From Sporopachydermia quercuum (Eukaryota): a stretch of DNA of 64,000 bases. The position numbers and the translations under genes are program-made. Location: the NCBI GenBank assembly GCA_001599295.1, contig BCGN01000002.1, positions 930,001 to 994,000 on the forward strand, given 5' to 3'. Shown one piece after another: positions 32,838 through 47,585 of this stretch. Numbering within the stretch: the first letter of the stretch is position 1; each line of letters opens with the position of its first letter. Under the pieces are notes generated by a model. It was given only the letters and a program-made list of their open reading frames with translations. It did no database searches and was not told the DNA's origin.

Positions 32838-35548
32838 TCTTAGTCTGATATATCAGGTTTGAATCTGAATTATAACAGAACAATACGGGATAAGTAGAGA
32901 CAAAATGTCTAGACCATCAAGACAATCCGATAAGATCTGAAATTTTTATTCTTGTAATGAATAGATTGTTGCTCTAGACCGATCGCACTACCTGCAAATG
33001 ACTTTCGTATTAAAATGCCTAGAAGAGCATTTTTAGCTGGCACAGAATNCTCAGATTCTGCTGTATAATTTTGATAACAACTGTATGTAGATCAGTCCTG
33101 AATGGTGAAAAAAGTCAAACGTTACTTGGATGTCAACTATCTGTAATGTTGAAATTCTACTAGGATGGTTCAGGAAGAAATCATCAGAAGCCACTATTTC
33201 AATACCCTTTACCCATTATACTACCTGTAGTGTAAAGATTTATCTATATCATCAATTCTGAGCATGTAAGAGAAGGCCATTTAAATACCGAATCTATCTT
33301 CACTTCCTTGACACCAAACTTAAGGTTTCGGGAATATCAATTAGGGATCTAGCTAGTAAATGCTAAGTTTAATTCTCTCCACTAAAACAATTAGGTAAAA
33401 AGTTTAAAGTTGGCGTTGGTCTTCTTCTTTCTCTAAACTTAGACTATCGACCTTCTTCTTTGGGAAATCAATAAGAGTTTCAAATGCCATTTCCCAAAAT
33501 CGGGCTTTACACGTATCATTCCAAGGTCTCAGGCTGGAAAAGAAAAAAAAAAACAGCTAGAAGCAATGCTCAAATGAGAAAAACCATACCAGATTGGAAG
33601 AAAAAACTTTGAAAATATACCATGAATTAGAGACTTAGCGGTATAAAATGTGCAGTAGTGGGCTCCTAATTCAATAAGAGGATAGGCAATTCGTTCGCTA
33701 GCTATCTAGATAGATAAATAAATTGTTTGATTGAGCAGGTTAACTCACAGATTAACAGTCTTGAAATTAAGATTCTGTGAATACTCAAGTTGATTATGAA
33801 AAGAAAAAAATTGTTGTTCAACCTTTATTTATTGCTGATGTACCACTTTCAGCACAGGGACCAAGATGCTGGATTCATGACTCAGACATTTCCATAAGAG
33901 GAAAACAAGTGCCTNAGAATTTCAGGTAAATGATTACTAGATTTCTAGTGAAAGATCTCAGCATTCAAAGAGTCAACCAAGCATCCCTTTCTGGGTATAT
34001 ATGTTGATACTTGAGTTCTTAAGCGATTTGCCCCCCCCTAGAATCATCAATAATTTTCACCAGATTAAATTAAGCTTTACCGCGTGCTTAATGCAGATTA
34101 ATGCTTCTATTCAGCTAGTAAATTGGCTCTTCCTATTCATTAATATTGATGTTTTTAATGTGCACTGCATTGCTCCTACTTGTAATAGAAACACATTATA
34201 GTAATTTACATTAAAAGGATGATGGGATGGTTCTCTTACTGTTTTGTTGAAATTATAGGCTCTGAAAATCAGTCTGACTAAGCTGTGTCATTGTTGTTTT
34301 TTCATAATTGGTACTCAAAGACGCGATCTATTGTCAAGTCGAGATTGTGTCCCAGAAGTTCTAAATCTGAGATTAAAGTTAATGATACTTAGAAGCGTGT
34401 AAGTCCTTCATAATATACAATCAATGTAACTTACAAATATAGCTGAAAGTTGAAGCAGTCAAACAGAAGGTAACAAAAGCTGGCTAAATCTATTCAATGA
34501 AGGTTACCATTGTTACTAAAGAATTAAGATAGCCAACTCCAGTAAATTGATTTAACCACTACTTTTCTCTTCAAATTAATACTACAAAGGAGAGAGATAT
34601 TGTTCTTCGTTTGGCAACTGCCATTGGTCTACTATGTCTTTCCTCCATCTAAAGTTCATAGAAAGCTATGGCTAGAACTTNATTGACAAACTAATTTAAA
34701 TTCTTAATCTGGCCCCTAAAGTGAAAATTTCCATTTGTATTCGTTCAGACTCCAGCTTGAAACAGAGTTTAACCTTAAGCTTCCTATTCTTCTTTTCTGA
34801 AGTGGTTTTACATTGTAGTGAATAAGACTAAAATTATCTCTTTTTATATAGAACATCCAGAAAGCACATTTAGCTAATCTTTCCTACGAATAGGTAATGT
34901 CGCTTGGAGTTAATACAATATTGCTCTTGCATCTAATTATTAACTAAAGGGGTAATATTTCATATTGTTTAGTGAGACAGGGAATATCTGTTTATGGCTT
35001 GGTATAATCTGATGAGAATTCTTATAGAACAGGTAAAATTACTTCTATTAGCCATCTCTTTTATGATGAAAAAACACTTTAAATCCTACTTCAAAGACTA
35101 GTGGTATCTAAATATANCCTGAAAGTTCTAGGATTTGTTTCTGGAGGCTAGGAGCTCGTCTTAGTTGTTCAATACTTTGAGAAGCACAGTAGNGTTGTAG
35201 CAGACGCAACCCAAGATGATAAGTTGTTATTCAGTCATTTGCTTGATCATNTCCTTCTGATCCGGTTTTTGAGACATTAAATTGGAAGAACCCGTCTCCC
35301 GTTAGCAAATTGAACGGACAGCTATATCCATTTATAATAAAAAAGTTGTTTGTTGCTTCGTAATTTCCAGTCCAATATATATACATGTATATATCTTAAA
35401 AAGTTATATTTCGTAATATTATAGTAATACATGAGACAATGAGCTTCTGCTAATTAATTGCCTTTATTTTCAATTTATCCTATTCGGAGCTCAAATGACT
35501 ACGATAGTAGTAACTTAGAATTGCCACTAACATAGAAACCATCACTAG

Positions 35549-37756
35549 TCATATATCAACTTCTCTTATTTTCATCTTTACTATCTCCTTCTTCTTGACT
35601 CTGAAATCAGGAACATTAATCATTTCGTCAATGACTTTCAATTTCCCATCCTCGTTGTTTTCAGAAGACAAATTTGGAATATCAGACGTTGAAAGATGAA
35701 TATTATGCCTTCCGTAGGTTCTAGAATGGGACATTCTATCTCTCATATTGCTACCCACCTTCAACACATCTATCATTCGTTCTTTATCCTTAATAGTTTC
35801 ATCTTTTTCTTTCAATTCATCCTTCTGCTGTTCAATGATTGACTTTAATCTCTTTAGTTGAAGTTGTAAAATAGAACTGCTTTCTTCATTTTCATCATTA
35901 TCAACAGGACTTGCATTTAATTGAGTATTCTTTGCTAATTCCATCTTATGTATCAATTTGTTGCTTGCCATCAATTGATTTTCTAAATGGAAAATATAGC
36001 TACTCATTTCATTAATTTCATGTTCTTTAGTTTTAAGAAGTTCTGATAAAGTAGTAAGATCATGTCTTGCGTCAGTAGATTCATCAGAATCAAGTAAGTC
36101 CAATATCTCATACAGCTTTGCTAAACTTTCATCACCTATATCTTTCATCATTTTCCGTTCTTCGTCATATAGTCTGTTCATTTGTTCCAATTTTTCATTA
36201 AGGATTTTATTTTCGGACTCAACCTGGGCTATTCTCTCAATCATATCTGGGGATAAGTCACCTGGTTTCGCTGTGAATATTGAGGATGAATCACCGTAAT
36301 CCTTGCTGGCCTGAGTGCCATTAGATGAGCCCATGCCTTTCAGCAGAGTCAATTCTTTCTTCAAAGACTCAATCTCAATCTGCTGTTCTTCACATTTGGT
36401 GTTCAACTTGCTGATGATCAATTTGTTTTCATTTGAATCGGTGTTGAGCTCATTTCGTTTAGCATGTACACTAATATTCTTCGCCCGGGATGCAAACCGT
36501 AAAGTATTTATCGACTCCACGTTAGAGCTATGTTTCGTTTCAATTGTACATAGAACAGAAACCAATGCAGACCCAGACAATGCAGGTTGCAGTAAACGAG
36601 TCAACTTTGAGTCTCTGTAAGGAATATGATGCGTATAAGAATTTGGGTTGCTGGAAGAACTTATACTTGATCCTGGGGAACCAGGGGCATTTGAATTGCT
36701 ATTGGCACTTAGTTTTGAAATAACTGTTCCCAACGCTAAAAGACTCTTATTGATAAAACTACCTTCTTTTCTCCTTTCTTGTTGCCCTGTAGCCCTTTCA
36801 CTACCAGCTAAATCGCATAGATTAAGCAAGCTTTTTCTAACTCTTCCTGTCTGGGTATTGACGGCGNTAATTCTCAGTTGAACTACCGCATGACTACGTG
36901 AACTCCTCTCATTGAAATCAGTTGTGGAGGTTCTTCTTAATTGATCTCCTTTTAGTATAAGATTCAGTAAACGTTGTTCATCTTCAATTCTCTCTTCATG
37001 AAGTCCTGATACAACTACCCCAGTCATTGGATCATCTCTAATCTTTAAATCTTCGTTAGACCCACCGGGAACCAATAAGTCATTCAATCGTTCGTTGTAT
37101 ATCTCTAGATATGAAAGATACACATCGTAATCCCATTCAGAGTCTCTAGCTGCTTCCTCTCGTATTTCAGAGAAAATCCTGTTCACACATCTAGGAATCA
37201 AACCGATATCTGTTGCGGTGCCTTGCATGCTGTAAGTTTTACCTGATCCTGTCATTCCATAAGCAAATATGACAGCGTTATATCCATTTAAAACACCTTT
37301 AATGATATCCTCGGCTACTTTCACATAAACATCTTCATTGTTGCTTACTTCACCAAAAACATTATCAAATGTAAATGTACCAACATCAGGAACACTTATT
37401 ACTCCGATTAGAGGATCTATGTCCCAAGAATTGGCATTGTTCAGTAAACCTACTGTACCTGGGTTCGGTTTCACTCTAACTGATACATTGATACTTCCTG
37501 TGTAAGGTATATTTGAAGATCCTGAAAGAACGGGTGTAATAGCAAACAAGTTTCGTTCTGGGGACTGAACTCTTTTTGGAGTAGCTGGTCTTGATAGTCG
37601 CGAAGGGCTCATATTCAGGGACAATGATGATCCTGGTTTTCGCAATTTGGGCGTTGACGATGTAACAGACTCTGAAGTGCTCGGTCTTCTACCTGATTCA
37701 GAGGCTGTGCTCCCTCCCATAGCTCGTCTTACAGGAGAGGCTTGTCTTCCAAACAT
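35549..37756 (-). CDS. KIP2: Kinesin-7 family motor
   Basis: AYGMTGSGKTYSM, NERSSRSH, LCDLAGSE, RRKEGSFINKSLLALG, HIPYRDSKLTRLLQPALSG; Ser/Pro/Arg-rich N-terminus, C-terminal coiled coil. Confidence 0.93.
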   Translation of the reverse strand: MFGRQASPVRRAMGGSTASESGRRPSTSESVTSSTPKLRKPGSSLSLNMSPSRLSRPATPKRVQSPERNLFAITPVLSGSSNIPYTGSINVSVRVKPNPGTVGLLNNANSWDIDPLIGVISVPDVGTFTFDNVFGEVSNNEDVYVKVAEDIIKGVLNGYNAVIFAYGMTGSGKTYSMQGTATDIGLIPRCVNRIFSEIREEAARDSEWDYDVYLSYLEIYNERLNDLLVPGGSNEDLKIRDDPMTGVVVSGLHEERIEDEQRLLNLILKGDQLRRTSTTDFNERSSRSHAVVQLRIXAVNTQTGRVRKSLLNLCDLAGSERATGQQERRKEGSFINKSLLALGTVISKLSANSNSNAPGSPGSSISSSSNPNSYTHHIPYRDSKLTRLLQPALSGSALVSVLCTIETKHSSNVESINTLRFASRAKNISVHAKRNELNTDSNENKLIISKLNTKCEEQQIEIESLKKELTLLKGMGSSNGTQASKDYGDSSSIFTAKPGDLSPDMIERIAQVESENKILNEKLEQMNRLYDEERKMMKDIGDESLAKLYEILDLLDSDESTDARHDLTTLSELLKTKEHEINEMSSYIFHLENQLMASNKLIHKMELAKNTQLNASPVDNDENEESSSILQLQLKRLKSIIEQQKDELKEKDETIKDKERMIDVLKVGSNMRDRMSHSRTYGRHNIHLSTSDIPNLSSENNEDGKLKVIDEMINVPDFRVKKKEIVKMKIREVDI

Positions 37757-38223
37757 TGTTTTCAGTTAAATTCTTCAGCCAACTATTTCGTGATTAATAT
37801 TAACGTTGATACATCTAGTTGTAAAACTAGAAAGGCAGCATTTACTCTAATCTCTCAAAAAGTGACAACCTGCTGTTATCACTGTTATCAGTTTGCGACT
37901 TCTATACTGAAAATTTATTCCTTGTTTAAGTCCTTTTTCAAAGANAAGTTTGCAAACTACTCAAACAAACAGCAACAATGCATTAACTGTAGAACTCTCC
38001 AAACTGTCTGCTTTTGTCCAGTATCAATATTTAGTTCGTAAACTTTGTTGTAAGAAAATAACCAATACTAATTAGATCTTATATTTTTGTTTTTGTTTTT
38101 GGACAACAAAATCCCAATCAAATGAAAGAAATCCTTACCAATAAACTGCTACAAGGATACAATTCACAACCGATATCAATAAAAATGTTAATAGATGGTA
38201 TTGCAACTGTTTGCCTTTGAAAA

Positions 38224-38444
38224 NNCNNNTNANNTTNNNNNNNNTTNNNNNTNNTNNNNNANNNNNAANNNNNNNGNNNNTNNNNNNNNNCNNTNNTTTN
38301 NNTNNCCNNNNANNNNNNNNNNTTTNGNNNNNNNNNNNNANNNNANNNAAANTNNAANNAANNAANNNNTNNNNNAANNNNNNNNANTNANNNTTNANGN
38401 TNNNNNNTNNNNTNNNNTNNNNTTNNNAANCNTNANNGNAANNN
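38224..38444. other. Block of mostly ambiguous bases (unresolved consensus)
   Basis: ~220 nt dominated by N with isolated called bases. Confidence 0.95.
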
Positions 38445-38977
38445 ATCTAAATGTAAGAAAGGGGTAGGAACTAAGACTTAATGAAAGGATTTGNTATTTT
38501 AAATAATCTGTTTTGCAGAATTTGCTCCAATCATTTAATCATTAGCTAGTCATTGAATTTCGTTTTCACTCTGCAGAAATGATATCGAACCGATAGTGAA
38601 CAAAACGTTCTTTCATTTACTTGGACTTATGATAGCAATACACGCGACAACAAAAAGGTCTACCTTTGGGGAAAACAGATCAATTATTTTACACTGCCAT
38701 TACAAGTATGTATAAAGTATGCATATATGGGCAATCAACAGACAACNGTTAAACTATAAGNTTGTAGAGAGAGAGAGCTCTCGACGCTGGTCAAGCGATC
38801 AGAAGATTAAACACAGCAGACATCAAATAAAAACGCAATTCCTGTTTTATTTTTTTTCTTATCATTCACCTTTGTTTTTGCTTTGTTTTCATTATCGTTA
38901 ATTCATTATTCTATAATAAAATCTTCTTTCCCTCTCTTTTTTGCTTTTATTCACNGTCAAACTAAATTCTGTTGATG

Positions 38978-40624
38978 CTACTCAACAATCAACTCATCTG
39001 TTATCTGCCTGGTTAATGGCTTCCAGTTTTTTGACCTCCATGCTTTTAATGACTTCTCATTATACATTTCATCAACTTCTTCTAAACTTAAGCCTTTAGT
39101 TTCATAGATACAAAACATTACAAAGAGGAGTCCAGTTAAAGTACCAGCAGCAAAACAATAACCAAGGTAAAATCCTATCTTCTCAATAATATATGGAGTT
39201 GCCAAAGCAATCCAAATATTCATTGACCAATTTCCTGCAATAGCTAAAGCAATTCCTTTAGATTTAATTCTCAAAGGATACGTTTCACTAACAATAACAA
39301 AAGGAATTGGTGCCCAAGTTGAAGCAAAAGCTGAAATATAAAGGCAAGTTGCAGTAATCAAGATGTTTCCGACAACCTTGTTAGTTTGACCATTTTCTTG
39401 CTCCAAGGCAAAAGCACCCAAAGAAGCATAAGTAATTAAACAACAAAACATAACGACTGAGCCAACCATTAATGGTAATCTCCTTCCAAACCGATCTATA
39501 ACATAGAGACCAATAAAGGTGCTAACAAAATTAACTGCACCCAAAATGATCGAGGTAAGAAAAGGGTCGACCATACCAACGGAAGCAAAAATTTTGGTTC
39601 CATAATAAAAGAAATAATTGTTACCAGTCAGTTGCTGGAGCATTTGAACAGCAACTCCAACAAACACTCTGTATCCAAGTCTTGGTTTACCAGCAAATAA
39701 TTCTTTCCAAGAGGCATTCCCAAGTTCCTTTTCATTGTCAATGGCATTGTAGATCTCATTAAAAACAGCAATTGATTCTTGACTATCAGGATCCCAATTG
39801 TTAACTTTTCCAATAGATTTTCTGGCCTCATCAAATCTATTCTTCTGAATTAAATATCTTGAAGATTCTGGGATGAAATAAACACCAACTGCGAGAATTA
39901 TACCCCAGAGGAACATCAAGATGGAAAGGATTTTCCACTGAGAATTACTTTCTAAATGTTTGATACCGAAAGCACAACAATAACCAATAAGGATTCCAAT
40001 AGTAATCATTAATTGGTAACAAGATACAAGGGTACCTCTTATTTGTCTTGGGGCAGTTTCAGAAATGTACAAAGGAGATACAACAGCAGTAGCACCAACA
40101 GCAACACCACAGAAAAATCTTCCAATTGCATAATTATACCAGTGAGAAGTTGAAGTAAATTGAACAATGGCACCAGCTAAATAAATTGAAATATTAATCA
40201 GCAAACTTTTTTTTCTACCATATTTTTCAGCAATCTTGCTAAGGAAAATACCACCAAACAAAGCACCAATATTGAATACTGCAACTATGACTCCCAGTAT
40301 TATCTGTGGTATTTCATACAAACCAGTATCTTCAATTAAATCTCCAAAGTACATATTGAAATGGATCATGTTGATGATACCTGAGATAGTGCCTATATCC
40401 CATCCAAAGAGGAAACCACCAAAGGCAGCAATAAAGCAGAAGAAGACAGCAGGAAAAAATTTAATGATCAGTGAGAACATCTTAGCTGAGTCGTTATCAG
40501 AAGGTTTCTCCGTGGAAGTGTTAGATGAAGAAGAAGAAATGCCATTGTTTAGGCTGCTGAATATCATAGAGGGTTTAGGCCTAGCCGTAAAGAAGGAAGA
40601 TGTATTGCGGTCGAAAAGACTCAT
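38978..40624 (-). CDS. Sugar porter MFS hexose transporter (HXT family)
   Basis: AFGGFLFGWD.GTISG, ISETAPRQIRG.LVSCYQLMIT, PES, QQLTGNNYFFYYG, FGRR, ETKGLSLEEVDEMY. Confidence 0.93.
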   Translation of the reverse strand: MSLFDRNTSSFFTARPKPSMIFSSLNNGISSSSSNTSTEKPSDNDSAKMFSLIIKFFPAVFFCFIAAFGGFLFGWDIGTISGIINMIHFNMYFGDLIEDTGLYEIPQIILGVIVAVFNIGALFGGIFLSKIAEKYGRKKSLLINISIYLAGAIVQFTSTSHWYNYAIGRFFCGVAVGATAVVSPLYISETAPRQIRGTLVSCYQLMITIGILIGYCCAFGIKHLESNSQWKILSILMFLWGIILAVGVYFIPESSRYLIQKNRFDEARKSIGKVNNWDPDSQESIAVFNEIYNAIDNEKELGNASWKELFAGKPRLGYRVFVGVAVQMLQQLTGNNYFFYYGTKIFASVGMVDPFLTSIILGAVNFVSTFIGLYVIDRFGRRLPLMVGSVVMFCCLITYASLGAFALEQENGQTNKVVGNILITATCLYISAFASTWAPIPFVIVSETYPLRIKSKGIALAIAGNWSMNIWIALATPYIIEKIGFYLGYCFAAGTLTGLLFVMFCIYETKGLSLEEVDEMYNEKSLKAWRSKNWKPLTRQITDELIVE

Positions 40625-41632
40625 TTTTGAGGCTTGATTCTTTTATGAGGACTAATTTGTTTGCTTCAGATAGATGTAAATCTTAAGTACTAATTAACTG
40701 TAAATAATTTATTGAAATTATGTTCCATGAAATCAGATGAAGTGTTGAAAATATAATATTGGGAATTATCTTATGAAGAGCTGGTAAAGAAAGGCTCAAA
40801 CAAATTACAGATAGATAAGATCGGAAAAAGGATAAGGGATCAATTCAACGGGAATTTATATATAATCATTCAGACTCCTGTTTTATTCTGTAATCAGGCA
40901 AAGCCTTTGAACATATAGTGGTAATTTTAGATATAATTGTAATTGAATAGAAAGAACTATGGTTAGTTTCCGGAACAGAACTTAATACCAGAATTTAGAG
41001 AAGCTGGACTCGTTAAAGTTTCTGTTTTGATATTAAGGTTTATTTTGATTTCCCTTTGAGGTAACACAAGTAATTTTTAGTGTGAGAGGAAAAGTATTCT
41101 AAACCTTATGGATAATTATCAATTCTTCTTTTCTGCCAGATTTCCAACAAAGGTTGCTATCTTCTAAAAACAAAAAAACTTATTTGATAAACTTCAGACG
41201 CTGAGTTCAATTTCTTGCTCTATAATTGTTGTATTTTTAAAAGGCTCCAGCTCGACTCTGAAGCTAGAACACTTCTGAGTTCAAGAAATTGGAATAAACT
41301 TTATTTAATCCGTCAACTTAAATTTCACCTGATCTTCTTCGATGAGATTAGTTTCTTACATTTACTGAAAATCCCACATTGTATTGACGAGAAAAAATTA
41401 GACAGACATAAAAGAACTGTTAAAACATTACAGATACTCATTCTAGAGTCCAGAGACATTCGGGTGCAATAAAAGCAACTTATATTTCGGAAGAACAATT
41501 TTATACGCCACTCATTTTACAAACAGAATACTTTTAGTGATACTCTATCTTATTCATAGAGAACGAGAAATTATAGAAATAAGACTGAACAAACATAATT
41601 TAAAAGTTAAATATTTTAAACGAGCAAATCGA

Positions 41633-43150
<1,518 letters not shown>

Positions 43151-44228
43151 CGTGATAACCAACTAACCAATTAGCGATAGTCTTTGGATTCTTGACGCAA
43201 TCCAAACTATATAATTTATTTAAATAGAACAATAAAACAAAAACTTGAACTAATAATTCAATAAATCTTCAAATTATTAGAACTGTTTACTTTATCGTGT
43301 TCTATATCGTTTTTTTTACTTTCATTCTTTTTGCCCCCTTTGCCAATGGTGAGAAGAAGGCAAGGAGGGAGTAGTCCTGATAAGGCTAAAGGAATCCCTT
43401 TGTGAGTATGAGAAACGGCACGTGACTTGTTTTTAAAATGAAAAAGTAATGAAATCACATGGATATTGTGCAGAACAACTGCATGAGTATACTCCTAATA
43501 GGAAAGGTTAAGGAATTATCGATATGGAAACTTACGAGTCGTCGGACAATTCGATTACAATATTTCCAGTATTACCTCATAAAACAATATACATTTGGAG
43601 TATTCACAAAGTATTGGTGATTTACTGTATCTACTTGAATTGTTATTAGTAACTTCTTTTAAGTCTTCCCAGGTCCTTATAGAATATGATATTTCGTTAT
43701 ATGCATGTAACTTGCATGTACCTCGCATAATATCCCAGCACTCTCATGAACTTAAAACCTCAAATGGGTGGCTTTCTTGCCACTTTCAGAAATATGACAT
43801 CAATGGCCATTATTAGATAAGCCATATTTGATCAGTGGATGTTTAAAGTAAAGATATTCTAAGCTTATTCCACGTCATAAATCGGTATTAATAGAACGAC
43901 TTTATCGTCCATATTTATGACAGATCCTCGTTAACATAGTGGTCCGTAGTGAGCTCGATTATTCAATGTAGATGATAAAGCTAATCAACAGAATACAAGT
44001 TTATTAGTGATAAACCAAGAAAAACAATCAGACCATCCAACCCTTGATGAGATTTGAGCATTTAGGTGGTTGATAACCAACTCCGACATTGAACTCCGAA
44101 CTGCAGAAACCTTGCATTCCACTATTCATATCATCATATGAATTTTCTTATAAACATTATGGGTATCAGCATAATCTGAATAGAAGACCATAGTTACATA
44201 GCTTCATTCTAGTCCGAATTTTTATACG

Positions 44229-45000
44229 TTAACGGATTTTCTTTCTGCGTTTCCACATACTCGTTTCCAGAAGTCGGTCTTCATTGTTAAGGACAATAAC
44301 TTCAACTGATTCACGGCGAAAACCCATATTTAAATGCGTGGTTTCAGAACTGAATTCATCATTTAGTTTAATCTCGAATGTCATTTCACTTCGAATTCCA
44401 CCATTTGCTTTGTCTTGGAAAAAGCTGATCTTATCACCTTTATAAATTCGACACTTATGACCTTTTCCAACGTGCTGGTTATTGACATAGCAGCCATTGC
44501 GAGAGACATCAATCAACCAAACATCGTCATGGTCATTACTCCTGAAATGAACTTCTTCCGAGCGAGATCTATACAAAATACAATGAATATTGCTGATACG
44601 TAAATCTTTAATACAAGTATCACATACCAAATGGTTTCTTCCTATTGACCAGACATCATTTTTTGCTACTATATTAGAGCATCTCACATTTACTTTAGAT
44701 TCTATTAATTCAAGCAACAGCCATCCGTCAAATTCTTCATTCTGTTCTCTCGGTTGACTCACTGTACTGTGTTTCATCTCCGGAGATGATTGTAGAGCTA
44801 TACTTTTCGAGTTTGATATTTGAGACGTCCTGGTATCATTTCCGTCCAGTATTCTCTCCTCGGAGCCCGTCATCTCATTATCCCTAGTTTGCCGGACTGA
44901 TTGTTTCAGTTGATCCTCGTTTATTCTTTGTTCCGGTTGCAGTTCACGATTTCCAGATTGCTCTTTTTCTGGACTTTTTCTCCTATCAATTCTTGCCCTA

Positions 45001-45031
<31 letters not shown>

Positions 45032-47585
45032 CTTCTACTTCTTTTTCATACTGTCTTTTCAAAAAGCGTCTTCTTTCACCAAACTCCAAAACTTCTCTTT
45101 TCCGCCGTTGAGAACAAATCTTCTGTGATAATAACAATTCATCATCATTGTCTGGTTCTGATGAGCCTTCATCGCGTTCAGCTTCTTCGTTTTCGCTTTC
45201 ACTTGAGACACCCCCTAGTTGTGACAGTAAATCGGTCCTATGGGGGGTTGGCCTTGCTGCTGTTTGGGTAAGATTCTCCTTCTTCGAACTTTCTTTACGC
45301 TTAACATCGCCATTTTTATTGCCATTTCCATTGCTATTCTTAACACTTCTGTTTCTGTTAACTGATGTCAATTCTGAGTTCATTTTCTCTCTTATTTGAT
45401 CCAGTTCGTACTCCGAGTACTTCGACTCCAATGATATTCTCTTTCTGATCTGTGGGCCTAGCTTTCTCATCTTGCTGAAAGACTGTTGATCACTATCTAT
45501 TCGGTTGATTACCAGAGGTTCAAATGCAAACGATCTTTTCTCCACGCGCTTTGGCGATTTGATTGATTTCACAGCTGCTTGTCGGCCCTTTTGACTTAAT
45601 TCAGTACCACTTGAATCATTAGTGAATACCCGAACCAGTTCCGGCGGTATGGAATTGTCTTCAGAAAACTGGCTTTCTGATACGTATGAGTTTTCTGAGT
45701 TTTCTCCGTTTTCCTCATTAGAATCACCTTTATTCTCTTTACTTTTATCGTTAGTACTAATATCTGTAGCGTGATTTGTAATGTCGTTGTTGATATTCTT
45801 ATTGGTAATGTTGGTGTTGGCGTTATCTTCTTTTGAAGATGGAATAACAGATTGCTGTGGCTGTGAAGATAGGCCAACATTAAGAACATTCACTGGTTTG
45901 ATTCTTGATCCTACAGGTATTTTGAATACATCATAAGCTTTCTGTTCATGCCCTTCTGTTTCCTGTTGAGCTGATTTGCCTATTGTTAACACAGAGTCGT
46001 TTTCCAATTTAACTGGCTGTTCTTGATTATTATTATCAATGGTTGATTCCTCTTTCTCATTGTCCTTAGAAGGTTCATCAACTAAGCCTATAGTAACCCA
46101 TGGAAGCTTCAATGCTTGTTTAGCTGTAGCACGTTTATTAGGATCGATCACCAGAAGCTTTTGCAGAAACTCCACACCTTCTTCGCTCACGTCATTTTCG
46201 TCTAAGTACGTATAATTGAATTTCACTTCACTCTGGAAAGCATACCATAATTCTTCCTGAGTCTCGCATGGAAAGGGATACATGACAGTAAGCATAACGT
46301 AGGCAACACAGCCAATTGACCACATGTCTATTTGCGAGGAGTACGCGCTAACCTGTTTAAGAGCCAAAGAAGGGTTAACTGTGGGCACGCCAGGCGTAAA
46401 TTTTGCTTTTGCTGATGTAGCTCTTGCTGCCATTACTTCTGGGGCCAGAAAAGCAAGTGTCCCACAAAACGTTGTCATAAGAGAAAACTCGTCGGCGACT
46501 TTAGCTAACCCGAAATCTGTTATTTTTACTTTTATAGGGTTTGTTGATGCAATTAATATGTTGTCAGGTTTAAGGTCTCTATGAGAAATTCCTAAACTAT
46601 GAACATAGCTAATAGCATGGAGAATCTGCCTAGTTATCTCTCTCGCAGGATCTTCGGCAATTGGACCTTTGCTAGTTAAATAATCCATTAAATCCCCGCC
46701 AGACACGTATTCCATTATTAGGTAATGAGCATTGAGATCTGAATAGTACGCCTTCAGTTCTACAGTGTTTTCATGCTTCAGTTTCTTCAGAATCTCCAAT
46801 TCTCTAGAAATGGCATTGGAATTGAAGAACTTCTTTTTGGAAATAATCTTGGCAGCATAGGTTTTGCCCGTTGTTCTCTCAATTGCCTTTCTGACTGTTG
46901 CAAATCCACCTTGTCCAATGATATCATCTTGGATGTCGAAATCACCATAGACACCTGTTCTCTTCTCAATTCTAGAAACCTTTCTGCTAGGATTACTTGC
47001 CCATTTATTTAACTGGTTCTCGGTAGTATTATCTTTGACCACATGGCGCTTTTGTTCAACGATTTTTGAGCCTTGCTTCAATGCCATAATCAGTCGTGTT
47101 TCGTATTCTATGCCTACGCCTACTGCAATTTCGTCTCCTTGACGTAGTAAAGTACCTTGCCCTTTCGCCAACTTTGCACTGTTAATATACGTCCCATTGG
47201 TAGAGGTGTCAGTTATCATCACGTTCTCAAAATCGTCTGTTGACAGCCATATTTTGAAATGTCTACTACTTATGTGCTTGTTATTTCCTATGATAACATC
47301 ACATATATCTTTATTCCTACCAAAGTTCCAATGGACTTTCCTAGTTTTCTTCACTGGATCGATGTAAGGTTCTATCTCTGAAGGAATATTTCCTTCTAAA
47401 ATTTCCTGTTTATGCTGTTCGTAGAACTGCTTTGATACAGTTTTCAATTCAATCGCCCTAGGATTGGTTGTATCGTATAGAGTACATATTAGTTCAACTA
47501 TGCCAGTTGATTCTGGTGTTTCCTCATCTTCATCTTCGGGACTTGAGTATGGCTGTGTGTAGGGTTGAGTAGGAACCTCATCCAT
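44229..47585 (-). CDS. RAD53: DNA damage checkpoint kinase (FHA1-kinase-FHA2), ~1118 aa
   Basis: N-terminal TQ motifs (PTQPYTQP), FHA1 FGRN..ISSRHF..DTSTNGTY, kinase GQGGFATV/SHRDLKPDN/TFCGTLAFLAPE, FHA2 IGR..ISNIHC..DVSRNG; first ATG at 47585. Confidence 0.93.
45002..45044 (-). repeat. (GAA)n trinucleotide tract encoding poly-Glu in RAD53
   Basis: cttcttctt... on + strand; translates EVEEEEEEEEEEEV. Confidence 0.9.

Noticed and set aside
9105..37756. PAC1 and KIP2 (both dynein pathway) as a functional cluster
   Set aside because: 25 kb apart, separated by unrelated genes, and explained by ancestral synteny
38195..38467. Track ORFs across the N block
   Set aside because: Artefacts of ambiguous bases
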